Source of the DNA: an uncultured delta proteobacterium
Lineage (GTDB): Bacteria; Myxococcota_A; Polyangia; Polyangiales; B10-G4
Length of the DNA stretch: 64,000 nucleotides
NCBI GenBank assembly: GCA_963727445.1
Contig: CAVSGI010000003.1
Location: 32,001-96,000 of the forward strand
Reading direction: 5' to 3'
Below the pieces are notes generated by a model. That model was not told where the DNA came from, made no database searches, and saw only the letters and a list, made by a program, of their open reading frames with translations. Within the stretch, counting starts at the first letter, position 1. Each line of letters begins with the position of its first letter. Positions 29,173 through 40,491 of the stretch are shown here, piece by piece. The translations under genes were made by a program, and so were the position numbers.

Positions 29173-29835
29173 GTGGGGGACGAGAAAGACTTTGTCGAGG
29201 AGTGGCGGCCCTTCGTGGTCAGCATTGCGCACAAAGTGCGTGCGAGCCTCGACTTTCAGGGGGAGCTCGACGATCTGATCGGCGCGGGAATGGAGGGCTT
29301 GGTCTCCGCGCGGGCCCGCTTCGATGCGTCACGCGGGGTGAAGTTCAACACCTTCGCCTATTACCGGGTGCGCGGGGCGATGATGGATCAGGTCCGCAAG
29401 ATGGCCTATTTGCCCGCGCGCACCCATCGGCTGCTGAAAGCTGCCGAGGCCGGCGACGAGGTGCTCCTGGCGGAGGCGGAGGCGCTGGGCGCGGGCCCGG
29501 GCACGGGGCAGAGCGATCCCCAGAAGACCCTCGAGAAGATCGACGACGCCCTCGGCAAGCTCACGGCCTCTTTCGTGATGGCCGCGGTGGGGCAGGACGA
29601 GAGCGAAGAGGTCCCCACCCCCGAAGCGAGCGTCATCGCGGTGGACGAAGCGGCGCGGGTCCGAGAGGCCCTCGAGGTTCTCGACGAGCGGGAGCGGGCG
29701 CTGGTCCAGGGCTTCTATTTCGAGGGGCGCCGCTTCGACGAGGTCGCAGCGGAGCTGGGTATCAGCAAGTCCTGGGCGAGCCGGCTCCACGGAAAGGCGC
29801 TCGATCGGCTGCGCAAGGCGCTCGGCGAGGGCTGA
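29173..29835 (+). CDS. FliA/WhiG-like (sigma28-type) RNA polymerase sigma factor
   Basis: Region 2 DDLIGAGMEGL...RFDASRGVKFNTFAYYRVRGAMMD; region 4 LDERER...EVAAELGISKSWASRLH. Confidence 0.88.
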   Translation: MGDEKDFVEEWRPFVVSIAHKVRASLDFQGELDDLIGAGMEGLVSARARFDASRGVKFNTFAYYRVRGAMMDQVRKMAYLPARTHRLLKAAEAGDEVLLAEAEALGAGPGTGQSDPQKTLEKIDDALGKLTASFVMAAVGQDESEEVPTPEASVIAVDEAARVREALEVLDERERALVQGFYFEGRRFDEVAAELGISKSWASRLHGKALDRLRKALGEG

Positions 29836-29895
29836 CTGAAGGTCGGGCGCAACTCACCCCGTGTGGTGGCGATAAGCGACGCACCAGGAGGAGTG

Positions 29896-30195
29896 ATGAG
29901 CGATCCCATTCATGGTCCGGCAGCCGCGGGCCGCCGCCCCAACCAGCACCAGCCCTCGTCTTCGGGGCGCTCCTTCCGTGAGCTCCTCGAGGACGCGGCC
30001 AAGAGCATCGACCACGGCCGGCGAAGCCTCGACCGCGCCATCGCCCACGGCCACGCGGGCCGCACCCTGTCGCAGGAGGAGCTCCTGGCGCTTCAAGCGA
30101 CGGTGTACCGCTACACCCAGGAGCTGGAGATCGCGAGCAAGCTCGTCGACAAGTCCACCACCGCTGTCCGCACCACCCTCCAAAGCCAGCAATAG
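29896..30195 (+). CDS. Small protein resembling T3SS inner-rod (SctI/YscI/HrpB2-like) proteins
   Basis: AGGAGG RBS; C-terminal LSQEELLALQATVYRYTQELEIASKLVDKSTTAVRTTLQSQ helical pattern. Confidence 0.6.
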   Translation: MSDPIHGPAAAGRRPNQHQPSSSGRSFRELLEDAAKSIDHGRRSLDRAIAHGHAGRTLSQEELLALQATVYRYTQELEIASKLVDKSTTAVRTTLQSQQ

Positions 30196-30227
30196 CCAGC
30201 CGTGTTGGGTGCTACCATTTGCGCGGG

Positions 30228-31973
30228 ATGTCGGAGGCGATCCAGACGCAGAAGGTGCCGGTGGAGGGGGAGCTCGGGACCCAGCTCGCCCAGCGCGTCT
30301 TTCGCAATCCCGCCACCCGGCGCCTGCGCTTCGTCAAAGCCTACTGGACCACCTACGTGGTCATCGGCAGCTATCTCGCCCTCGGGTTCTTCGGCCGCAT
30401 CTTCGGCAAGAGCTGGTACGACGCCCGACTGACCCGGGTTCACACCGTCAACGCCAAGCGCATCGAGCGCACCATCGTCCAGCTCCAGGGCCTCTTCATC
30501 AAGGTCGGGCAGCTGATCTCGATCATGACGAACTTCCTGCCAGAGGAGTTCCGAAAGCCCCTCGAATCGCTTCAGGATCAGGTGCCGCCCCGCCCCATCG
30601 GCGAGATCACCAAGCGTATCGAGGAGGAGCTGGGCGGCGCCCCGGACGTCGTCTTCAAACGCTTCGACGAGGTCCCCCTCGCCAGCGCCTCCCTCGGCCA
30701 GGTGCACCGCGCCGTCCTCAAGGACGGCACCGAAGTCGTGGTGAAAGTGCAGCACACCGACATCGACGAGATCGTCCAGATGGATCTCAAGACCATCTGG
30801 AAGATCATGGTGATCGTCGGCTGGTTCGTGCCCATCCAGGGCCTCGACGTCATCTACCGCCAGGTCCGCGAGATGATCGAAGCCGAGCTCGACTTCGTGC
30901 GCGAGGCGGCGTTCATGGAGCGCATCGGGCACAACCTCGAAGACCTCGAGGGCGTCACAGTGCCCGAGCTCCACAGCCAGTTCTGCACCGGCCGCGTCCT
31001 GACCACCGCGTACTGTGAGGGCACCAAGGTCTCGGACCTCGAGTCGATCGATGCGTGGGGGCTCGATCGCTCGGACCTCGCCGAGCGGCTGGTGCGCGCC
31101 TACTGCAAGATGATCTTCGACGACGGCCTGTACCACGCCGATCCCCACCCCGGGAACGTGCTGGTGATGCGCGACGGGACCATCGTCCTCCTCGATTTCG
31201 GCGCCGTCGCCGAGCTGTCCCCGGCGATGAAACACGGCATCCCGGATCTGCTCGAGGCGGTGATCAAGCGCGACACCACCGGCATCTACAGAGCGCTTCG
31301 CACCATGGGCTTCATCGCCCGCGGACCCGAAGCGGAAGCGGCGAGCGAGAAGATCGTCGAGTACTTCCATCGGCGCTTCCAGGATCAGGTGCAGCTCGAG
31401 AGCCTCAACCTCAAGGACATCAAGATCGATCCCCAGCAGGGCCTCGAGAACTTCCTCGATCTGCGCAAACAGGACATCTCGATCCGCGAGCTGACCAGCG
31501 CCTTCCAGGTGCCCAAGGACTGGGTCCTCCTCGAGCGGACGGCGCTCTTGATGGGCGGCGTGTGCACCCACCTCGCGCCGGAGATGAACCCGATGGCGGT
31601 CATCCGCCCCTACCTCGAGGAGTTCGTCTTCGGCGAGCGCGACTTCGCGACCCTCATGATGAACGCCGTCAAGGACACGGCGATGAGCGCGCTGTCCGTC
31701 CCCGACGACGTCCGCAAGTATCTCTCGAAGGCGATGCGCGGCGACCTGGAGATGCACTTCCGGGGACTCGGCGCGAGCGCCAACCTCGTCTACGCGCTCG
31801 GCCACCAGCTCATCTACGCCCTGTTCAGCATCACCGCCGCCGTCGCCTCCTACCTCTTTTGGGTGCACGGCGAGACGACCGCCTTCTACGTCTCGACGAG
31901 CATCGGCGCCTTCTTCCTGCTCTGCATCGTCGGCTCGATGGTCTTCGCGCGGAAGTACCGCAAGCGGGCCTAG
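30228..31973 (+). CDS. ABC1/UbiB/AarF-family atypical kinase
   Basis: FIKVGQ, LQDQVPP, PLASASLGQVH, VVVKVQ, ELDF..EA, YHADPHPGN, LLDFG; two C-terminal TM helices. Confidence 0.95.
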   Translation: MSEAIQTQKVPVEGELGTQLAQRVFRNPATRRLRFVKAYWTTYVVIGSYLALGFFGRIFGKSWYDARLTRVHTVNAKRIERTIVQLQGLFIKVGQLISIMTNFLPEEFRKPLESLQDQVPPRPIGEITKRIEEELGGAPDVVFKRFDEVPLASASLGQVHRAVLKDGTEVVVKVQHTDIDEIVQMDLKTIWKIMVIVGWFVPIQGLDVIYRQVREMIEAELDFVREAAFMERIGHNLEDLEGVTVPELHSQFCTGRVLTTAYCEGTKVSDLESIDAWGLDRSDLAERLVRAYCKMIFDDGLYHADPHPGNVLVMRDGTIVLLDFGAVAELSPAMKHGIPDLLEAVIKRDTTGIYRALRTMGFIARGPEAEAASEKIVEYFHRRFQDQVQLESLNLKDIKIDPQQGLENFLDLRKQDISIRELTSAFQVPKDWVLLERTALLMGGVCTHLAPEMNPMAVIRPYLEEFVFGERDFATLMMNAVKDTAMSALSVPDDVRKYLSKAMRGDLEMHFRGLGASANLVYALGHQLIYALFSITAAVASYLFWVHGETTAFYVSTSIGAFFLLCIVGSMVFARKYRKRA

Positions 31974-31990
31974 TGCCTGAGCCACCTCGC

Positions 31991-32656
31991 TCAGCGGCAG
32001 CCTGCGAGCGCCCGTCGCACCGGCGAGTCGAGGGCGCAGCGATCGGGGCCGCGCACCGGATCGATCTCGCCGAGGAGGACGCCGAGCGCGGCGACGTAGC
32101 GGCGGCTGAGCGTGAGCTCCTCTTCCGCTACGTCCGCGCCCGCGGCCGCGAGATCGATGACGGCGCGATAGCTCGCCTGCGCCTCGGCGTGGGCACGGCG
32201 CCGGCGCGCGAGGGCGGCGCGGGCGTAGTGTCCTCGCCAGTCGTCGGGCACGCGCGCCGTCAGCTCGCGCAGGGCCTCGGCGGCGCGCTCGAGATCGCCG
32301 CCGGCTTCGAAGCCCCGGGCGAGGCCGCGCCACAAGGGTCCGTAGTCGGGGCGATAGCGGACCCCTTCGGAGAAGACCGAGAGCGCGTCGCTCGTCGAGC
32401 CGCGCTCGAGGTAGATGTTGCCGAGCAGGACGTAGCTGGCGGCGTCGCCGCGGTCGGCGGCGATGGCGTCACGGAGGTAGCCCATGGCGCTCCCGGGATC
32501 GCCCGCCGCGAGGAAGGCCTGCCCCATCGAGCGCAAGCGAGAGGCGCGCTCGGCCCGCCGTGACGGATCGGGGTGCGTCTGTGCCCAGGCTCGGGCTCCG
32601 TGGGCGACGACGAGGAGCGCGAGGAGGGACGCGAGGAGGAATCGAGGGCGCACCAA
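31991..32656 (-). CDS. Exported TPR-repeat protein
   Basis: Signal peptide (..ARAWA); TPR helices (YVLLGNIYLERG..DAL, LWRGLARGFEAGGDLERA). Confidence 0.75.
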   Translation of the reverse strand: MVRPRFLLASLLALLVVAHGARAWAQTHPDPSRRAERASRLRSMGQAFLAAGDPGSAMGYLRDAIAADRGDAASYVLLGNIYLERGSTSDALSVFSEGVRYRPDYGPLWRGLARGFEAGGDLERAAEALRELTARVPDDWRGHYARAALARRRRAHAEAQASYRAVIDLAAAGADVAEEELTLSRRYVAALGVLLGEIDPVRGPDRCALDSPVRRALAGCR

Positions 32657-32750
32657 AACTGTTCGATTCTAGCGCATTTCTGCGCCTCGACCCGTCCGGG
32701 CCTTCCTCTTATACTCCGCCCGGCTTCGCCGCCGAGCCTCAGGAGACCAC

Positions 32751-35700
32751 TTGCGATACGCCGCCTATACCGCCTTTTTCCTCAGCGGCGCGTCCAGCCT
32801 GATCTTCCAGAACATCTGGTCGCGAATGCTCCACCACGTGTTCGGGGCGACAAGCGTGGCGATCAGCTCCGTGCTGACCGCCTTCATGGCGGGCCTCGGC
32901 CTCGGCGCCTGGATCGCGGGCCGCTACGCCGACCGCATCAAGCACCCGATCATCACCTATGCCTTCGCGGAGCTCGGCGTGGGCATCTGGGCGATGCTGA
33001 TCCCCTTCATCATCAACCCCGAGGGCTGGCTCGCCGACCTGAACTTCATGCTCCGCAACAGCCTCGGCGCGGAGTCCACCACCTTCATGCTCGCGCGCTT
33101 CGCGGTGGTGTTGCCCATCCTCCTCGTCCCCACCACGCTGATGGGCACGACGCTGCCGCTGCTCACCCGCCACTTCGTGCAGCACGAGGAGCGCTCCACC
33201 GGCGCCGCCAGCAACGTCGGGACCCTCTACGCCATCAACACCTTCGGCGCGGTCCTCGGCATCTTCCTCGCGGGCTTCGTGCTCCTCCCGAACGTGGGCC
33301 TGTCGCTGACGAACACGACCGCCCTTTCGATGAACCTCTCCCTGGGCCTCGGCATCTTCGCCTTCCGCAAGCAGCTGCTCAAGGGGATGTGGAAGAAGGG
33401 CGAGCCCCTCGAATGGCTGCCGAAGCCGGTGCCCATCGCGGCCGCCGAGAGCACCGAAGCCGTGGAGAGCGAGGAAGCCTCCGCTGAAGAGGAAGCTCCC
33501 GCCGACGAAGCGACGTCGCAGCTGCCCGAGGCCGAAGAGACGACCGAAGAGACGACCGAAGAGACGACCGAGGCCAAAGAGACCAAGAAGAAGGCCGAAA
33601 AGAAGTCCAAGGCGACGAAGAAGAGCAAGGCCGACAAGAAGTCCGAAAAGAAGTCCAAGACGAAGAAGAAGGAAGAAGCCCCAGGCGAGAGCGCGCTCGA
33701 CCTGCCCTTCCCCATCCCGCCCATCGCCAAGAAGGCTGCGTTCCTCGCCTTCGCCGCCTCGGGCGCCGCCGCCCTCTGCTACGAGGTCGTGTGGTTCCGG
33801 GCGCTGGCGATGACCATCGGCTCGTCGATCTACAGCTTCGCGCTGATCCTCGAGACCTTCCTCATCGGCATCGCCGGCGGTAGCGCCGTCTGCGCGGCGT
33901 TCATGGTGCGCGGCAAGCACCGCCTCACGGCGGCGGCCGTGGGCTCGGTCGCGCTCCTCGCCATCGCCAACGTGAACTGGGCCACGCAGGAGGACCTGGT
34001 GACCTACCTCTTGGTCACGGCCGTCTTCGCAGCGCCCATCGCCGTGATCTGGGGAGCGGTCTTCGCGAAGTCGCGGAGCACCACCCTCCCCGAGATGGTG
34101 CACGACAACCCCGTGCCCGGCCTCATCATGCTCTCGCTGCCGATCCTGGCGAGCCTCGGGAACCTCGCGAAGTTCGGCGGGCACCTGTCCCCGATCATCG
34201 CCGCCGTCGTGAGCCTCATCGCCATCTACATGGCGATCATGCTGGTGCTGCGCCGCTTCCCCGTCTTGATGATGGCGATCATCCAGCTGCTGATCGCGCT
34301 GTCGACTTTCGCCAACTACCTCTTCCAGGACGAGATCCCCTACGCCTTCGCGTCGCTGGTCACGACGGTGACGGACCTGCCTGAGCACGTGGGCACCGTG
34401 CAGTTCTTCATGTTCGTCACGGCCGGGCTCTGCACCCTGCCCGCGGCCATCGGCATGGGCGCGATGTTCCCGCTGACCATCCGCATCTGGACCGCCGGCG
34501 GCGCCAACATCGGACGCGACGTGGGCGTGGTCTACGCAGGCAACACGGTGGGCTCGATCCTCGGCTCCTGGCTGCCGGGCTTCGTCCTCTTCCCGCTCAT
34601 CGGCATGGAGCGCACGCTTCACCTCGGCATGGCGCTGAACCTGCTGCTCGCCCTGATGATGCTCATCGTCAGCGCCGCCGAGCCCGAGGACGCCCTGGCC
34701 AAGGCGGGCGGCCCTTATCGGCGTGGTGAGCCGAAGAAGAAAAAGAAGGACGCGCCGGGCGCCGTTCCCGTGTGGCACGCGGTGACGGTCTACATCCTGG
34801 CGCCCGCGATCCCCGCGCTCGCTGCGCTCCTATGGCTCGGCACCAACGGGCCCGACGCAATCCTGCGATGGAACCTCAGCCAGATGACCCTCGGGGTCTT
34901 CCGCATCTCCCTCGCCTCCGACGTCCTCGACCCCGAGAGCTGGGGCGAGCCCGACCTCGTCTACTACCACGACGGTCTGTCCACGACGGTGAGCGTCGAG
35001 CGCTGGGGCCGGCACTACGCGCTCAAGAACAACGGCAAGGTCGACGCCAGCAACGGCGACGACATGCCGACGCAGATCATGGTCTCCGGCTTCCCGCTGC
35101 TGATGCATCAGGACGGCCCCGAGGGCCTCGACGTCGCCGTCATCGGCTTCGGCTCGGGTGTGACCGTGGGCGCCACCCTCGAATTCCCCGTGAAGTCGGT
35201 CGACGTGATCGAGCTCGAGCGCTCCATCCCGCAGGCCAGCCAGTTCTTCCAGGACGTCAACCACCTGAACTATGCCCTGGACCACTTCCCCTACGTCGAG
35301 GAAGAGCGACTCACCGTCTACAACGACGACGGCCGCAACTACCTCGCGTCCACGGACAAGCAGTACGACATCATCATGAGCGAGCCGTCGAACCCGTGGA
35401 TCACGGGCGTCAGCGACCTCTTCACCACCGACCACTTCCGCATCACCAAGCGCGCGCTGAAGGAAGGCGGCATCTACTGCCAGTGGGTGCAGCTCTACGA
35501 GCTCAGCCCCGAGAACATCAAGACCATCTACCGCACCTTCGCCAGCCAGTTCGAGCACGTGGTGGTCTTCGCCGCCGAGGACCTGTCGAGCGACACGGTG
35601 ATGCTCGGCTCGGACTCGCCACTGCCGCTGGACCTCTAGCGCCTGTCGCGCTCCTTCGCCGACCCGGCCATCCGCGCCGAGCTCGAGCGGGCCTACGTGC

Positions 35701-36698
35701 ATTCGCCCTTCGACGTCTTCGCCCGGGTCATCCTCGCCAACCGTGAAGAGGTCATGAGCTACACCCAGGTCGAGCATCGGCTGCGCGGTGGCGAATGGGA
35801 GTTCTTCCCCGAGTCGTCCAACGGACCGATGGACGACTGCGACCCCGCCGACTGCCGGCGCAACCCGGTCGCGCTGAACACCGACGACAACGCCATCATC
35901 GAGTTCGCAGCGCCCCGCGATCTGATCGGCTTCCAGCGTTACGAGGGCTACCTCGCCAACATCTACTCGCCCGACTGGCCTTACGGAAAGCTCCTCGACA
36001 ACTTCGAGAACTTCGGGGAGGGCGATGACGCCGCCCGCGCCTACGCCGAGATGGCGATGAGTCTCATCGGTCACGGCCGCAAGGTGGAGGCCGGGGACTT
36101 CCTCACCCAGAGCGCGCGCTTCGGCGAGGTCGCCGAGACCCTGGTGGCCGCCGAGGTGCTCCGGCACCTGCTCAGCGACGAGCACGAGCCGCGCATCGCC
36201 ATCGAGCCCCCTGTCCCCGGCCCGCACATGGACGAGGCGACGGCGCGCCAGCTCAGCACCGGCTTCGAGGCGGTGCGCTCCGCGGTGGACATGCGCGCCT
36301 ATGGGACGGCCCTCGCCGCGATGGAGGAGATCCCCGCGCCGCTGCGCCTCCACAACGGCCCGAGCCTCCGCTTCCTCTACGGCTACCTCCAGTACAAGGC
36401 CGCCGAGGGGGTCCCGAGCCGCTACCGCAGCGCCATCGACCAGCTCGAGGACCTGGTGCGCTCGGACGAGGACTACGTCCGGCGCCACCCCGAGCTCTAT
36501 TACTTCCTCGCCCGGGCTCACGACGCCGAGTTCAACTTCGACAAGGCGCTCCGCAACATGCGGATCTACGTCGAGAGCCGTCTCGGAGAGGAAGGCGCCG
36601 AGGACCTGCCGGAGCCCCCACTCGAGGACGCTCCGACCACGGACGAGGAAGGCGAGTCCGACAAGGACCTGCATCCCGACCGAGACGACGGCGTCTGA
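32751..36698 (+). CDS. Membrane-fused spermidine-synthase-like protein (multi-TM + methyltransferase fold + TPR-like tail), interrupted by an in-frame TAG at 35637-35639
   Basis: FFLSGASSLIFQNIW.., LYAINTFGAVLG, second TM repeat, VIGFGSGVTVG, DVIELE, DDGRNYL, YDIIMSEPSNPW; ORF 35697-36698 is in the same frame and carries NTDDNAIIEFAAPR. Confidence 0.85.
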
Positions 36699-36897
36699 AA
36701 AACGAGAAACGGATTCGAAACCTTCCGCGCGTTTCTCGTCGCACCAGCGCGAAGCGCGCTACGCACTTCGCAGTCGATTTCGCGCAGATCGCTTCGCAAT
36801 TTCGCGTATTTCGAAACCGACAGATGTTGTGGATATCCACCCCAAGGCGCCGACAAGACGCCGGAAACAGCTTTTCGGCCACGTGGCCGGTGGACAG

Positions 36898-36913
36898 TGG
36901 CATGAACGGTGCT
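36898..36913 (+). promoter_or_regulatory. Putative sigma54 (-24/-12) promoter
   Basis: TGGCATGAACGGTGCT with exact GG-N10-GC spacing, about 95 bp upstream of ATG 37008. Confidence 0.65.
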
Positions 36914-37007
36914 TTACCGGGGCGTGAAGAAGAAACGGCCAAGAGGCCAGGGGACGGGAGGGGACCGGAATGCGGTCCCCAGAGATACCCACCCCGAGGG
37001 GAATGAA

Positions 37008-37292
37008 ATGAGCCAGATGCCCGAAACCCGTCAGAGCAACGCCCCCGTCACCACCCGTGCGCTGAAGATCCTCGCGAAGTCGGTTCACCGCGAGCTCAAG
37101 TCCAGCGGCTACAGCCGTTCCGATATCGTGTCCTTCACCAACGAGCTCCTCGACCTCGTGACCAGCGACATCCGGGATTCGGACAGAGATCAGCTGAGCC
37201 TCTCGGGCCTGTCCCAGAGCCCGGTTCCTAGGCCGTCCTGTCTGAAGGACGGCCTTTGGCGTTTAATTTTCGTAGCTTGCTGGGGACGCTAG
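37008..37292 (+). CDS. Small helical hypothetical protein; C-terminal end uncertain
   Basis: GAGGGG RBS; RALKILAKSVHRELKSSGYSRSDIVSFTNELLDLVT core; stop codon falls inside the inverted-repeat element. Confidence 0.65.
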   Translation: MSQMPETRQSNAPVTTRALKILAKSVHRELKSSGYSRSDIVSFTNELLDLVTSDIRDSDRDQLSLSGLSQSPVPRPSCLKDGLWRLIFVACWGR

Positions 37293-37370
37293 ATTGACAA
37301 TTGACTTTCGCCTCGCCCAGCCCTGTCATTCCCAAGATGGCGAAAGTCAATTGTCGAATCTAGCGTCCCC
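37282..37370. mobile_element. Miniature inverted-repeat element, copy 1 (MITE/REPIN-like)
   Basis: Left arm GGGGACGCTAGATTGACAATTGACTTTCGCC 37282-37312; its reverse complement, with one extra G, at 37339-37370; 26-bp spacer. Confidence 0.7.
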
Positions 37371-37444
37371 TTGTGAAGCCCGCCGACGTGCCCTAACTTC
37401 CGGGTCCCCAAAAGACCGCCAAAGCGGCGGGAAAGGACCTCCTC

Positions 37445-38465
37445 GTGGGCACCAAGATCGCGATCAACGGCTTCGGCCGCATCGGGCGCTGCGTCGCCCG
37501 CATCCTCTTCGAGTCGGGTCGGGACGACCTCGAGATCGTCGCGATCAACGACCTCACGACGAACGAGACGCTGGCGCACCTGCTCCGCACGACTCGATTC
37601 ACCGCACGCTTCAAGCAGGACGTGAAGCTCGACGGCGACAACCTCGTCATCGACGGCAAGAAGATCGCCGCCCTCGCCGAGCCGGACCCGGCGAAGCTGC
37701 CCTGGAAGGACCTGGGCGTCGAGATCGTCTCGAGTGCACCGGCCGCTTCCGCGACAACGAGACGGCGCTGGCAAGCACCTCGCCGCCGGCGCCGAGCGCG
37801 TGATCATCAGCGCGCCGGGCAAGAACGATCGACGGCACCTTCTGCGTCGGCATCAACTCGGACAGACTACGACGCGGCGAAGCACCAGATCGTCTCGAAC
37901 GCGTCCTGCACCACGAACTGCCTGTCGCCCGGTCGCCAAGGTGCTGCACGAGACCTTCGGCATCGTGAAGGGCCACATGGTCACGGTGCACAGCTACACG
38001 AACGACCAGCGCATCCTCGACCTGCCGCACAAGGACCTCCGCCGCGCCCGCGCGGCCGCGATGAGCATGATCCCGACCACCACCGGTGCGGCCAAGGCCA
38101 TCGGGCTCGTCATCCCGGAGCTCGAGGGCAAGCTCGACGGCACCGCCATCCGCGTGCCCGACGCCCGACGTCTCCATCGTCTGCCTCACGGCCAACGTGG
38201 CGAAGGGGACGACCGCGGAGGAGGTCAACGCGCGCCATGAAGGCGGCCGCCGAAGGGCCGCCTGAAGGGCATGCTCGGCTACGAGCGAGGACCGGCTCGT
38301 CTCGAGCGACTTCATCGGCGACACCCACAGCAGCGTCTGTCGACGCGCTCGCAGACCCGGTCGATCGGCGGCGACCTCGTCGAGGTCCAGAGCTGGTACG
38401 ACAACGAGTGGGGCTTCTCCACGCGCATGGTCGACCTCGCCCGCGTCATGGCGAAGAAGGGCTGA
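37445..38465 (+). CDS. gap: Glyceraldehyde-3-phosphate dehydrogenase (type I); several frameshifts
   Basis: KIAINGFGRIGR, AINDL, SNASCTTNCL, TVHSYTNDQRILDLPHKDLRRARAA, WYDNEWGFS spread over different frames. Confidence 0.97.
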
Positions 38466-38468
38466 GCC

Positions 38469-39669
38469 ATGCTGCAGCGCATCCGCTCGAATCGAAGAGC
38501 TCGACGTCGAGGGGCGCCGCGTCTTCGTGCGCGTGGACTTCAACGTCCCCCTCGACGGCATCGCGAGTGACGGACGACACGCGGATCCGGGCGGCGCTGC
38601 CGACCATCGAGCACGCCATCGAGCGGGGTGCGCGCGTCGTTCTGGCCAGTCCACCTCGGGCGCCCGAAGGGTGAGCGCAAGCCCGAAGAGCTCAGCCTCG
38701 AGCCGGTCGCCAGCGTGCTCGCCGAGCTCCTCGAGGCGGCGAGGTGCGGCTCGCCGACGACTGCATCGGCGACGGCGCCGCGCAAGGTGGTGGGAGACCT
38801 GCGCGATGGCCAGGTGGCCCTGCTCGAGAACCTCCGCTTCCACCCCGGTGAGGAAGACGAACGACGAGGCCTTCGCGAAGGAGCTGCGAAGCTCGCCGAG
38901 GTCTACGTCAACGACGCCTTCGGCGCGGCGCACCGGGCCCACGCGTCGGTGTCGCGCTGCCCGCGCCTGATGCGCGAGCGCGGCGCCGGGCTCTTGATGC
39001 AGCGCGAGCTCGCCGCCCTCGAGCAAGGTGCGTAGCAATGCCGCAGAAGCCCTTCGTGGCGGTGCTGGGCGGCGCGAAGGTGTCGGACAAGATCGAGGTG
39101 ATCGAGGCGCTCCTGGCAAGGTGGACGCGCTGTTGGTGGGCGGCGCCATGGCCAACACCTTCCTCGCGGCGCAGCGGCCTCGACTCTGGGCAAGAGCCTC
39201 GTCGAGGAGGACAAGCTCGCCCTCGCGCGGAGCATCCTCGCAGACGGCCGAGGAGAAGAAGGTCCAGGTCCTTCTCCCCGTGGACGTCGTCGTCGGGGAT
39301 TCCATCGAGGCGACCACGGGCACGACGGTCGCCGGCGGACGCCATCGGCGCAGGGCAGATGGCGCTCGACATCGGGCCGCGAGACGGTGGCGGCGCTTCG
39401 GCGAGAAGCTGCTGCCGTGCGCAGACCATCTTCTGGAACGGCCCGATGGGTCTCTTCGAGAACGACGCCTTCGCCGAAGGGCACCCTCGGCGTGGCCGAA
39501 GCCATCGCGGCCTCGCCGGCTTCACGCGTCGTGGGCGGCGGCGACAGCGTCGCCGCGATCCAGCGAAGCGGGGCTGGCCGACAAGTTCGGCCACGTCTCG
39601 ACCGGCGGCGGCGCGTCGCTCGAGCTCTGGAGGGCAGGAAGCTCCCGGGCGTGGAGGCGCTGTCGATGA
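38469..39669 (+). CDS. pgk: Phosphoglycerate kinase; several frameshifts
   Basis: [66 protein letters not shown]. Confidence 0.97.
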
Positions 39670-40429
39670 GCCGCAGGCCTCTCGTCGCCGGCAACTGGAA
39701 GCTCCACAAGACCGGTCGCGCGAGGCGGTCGAGCCTCGCGCGCGAGCTCAAGTCTCGACTCGCTGCGCTCCCGCGAAGCCGAGGTGGTGGTGGCGCCGGT
39801 GTTCACTGCTCTCGCACGCGGTCAACGAAGCGCTCGGCGAGTCCGCGATCGAGCTCGCTGCCCAGGACGTGCACTTGGAGGACCAGGGCGCCTTCACCGG
39901 CGAGGTCAGCGCGCCGCTGCTCGCCGACGTCGGCTGCGCGTATGTGCATCGTCGGCCACTCGGAGCGCCGGCACGTCTTCGGCGACACCGACGAAGCGGT
40001 CCGAACAAGGCGTACACGCGCTGCTGTCGCACGGCTTCGCCCCATCGTCTGCGTCGGCGAGACCCTCGAGGAGCGCGAGGCGGGCGAGACCCTCGCGGTC
40101 GTGCTCGGCCAGCTCGACGCCGGGCTCGGCGGCGTGACCACGGCGCGGCCGCGGACGTGGTGATCGCCTACGAGCCGGTCTGGGCCATCGGCACCGGTCG
40201 GACGGCGAGCCCGAACGACGCCCAGGAGGTCCACGCGGCGATCCGCAAGCGCGCTCGCCGAGCTCTTCGACGGCAGCGCCGCGGCGGGCTCCGCATCCTC
40301 TACGGCGGAAGCGTCAAGCCCAACAACGCCGCGGACTTGCTCGCTCAGACCGACATCGACGGCGCCCTGGTGGGAGGCGCGAGCCTGACCGCCGATACCT
40401 TCGTCCCCATCGTCGAAGCCGCTGGCTAG
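39666..40429 (+). CDS. tpiA: Triosephosphate isomerase; several frameshifts
   Basis: [58 protein letters not shown]. Confidence 0.97.
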
Positions 40430-40491
40430 GGACGCCCCCTAGCCCTCCGGGCCAAGTTTGCTAGAGTCCGCGTCCTTCCGAGACCGAGAAA

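Noticed and set aside
36828..36840. DnaA box or replication origin
   Set aside because: Only one imperfect TGTGGATAT, no box cluster or dnaA gene, and a dif-like site nearby argues for the terminus
37282..37370. Integron attC site
   Set aside because: No RYYYAAC/GTTRRRY core ends, no integrase, and the flanking genes are not cassette-like
37445..40429. Pseudogenisation of gap, pgk and tpiA
   Set aside because: Catalytic motifs intact, indels only, operon order preserved; the pattern fits consensus errors
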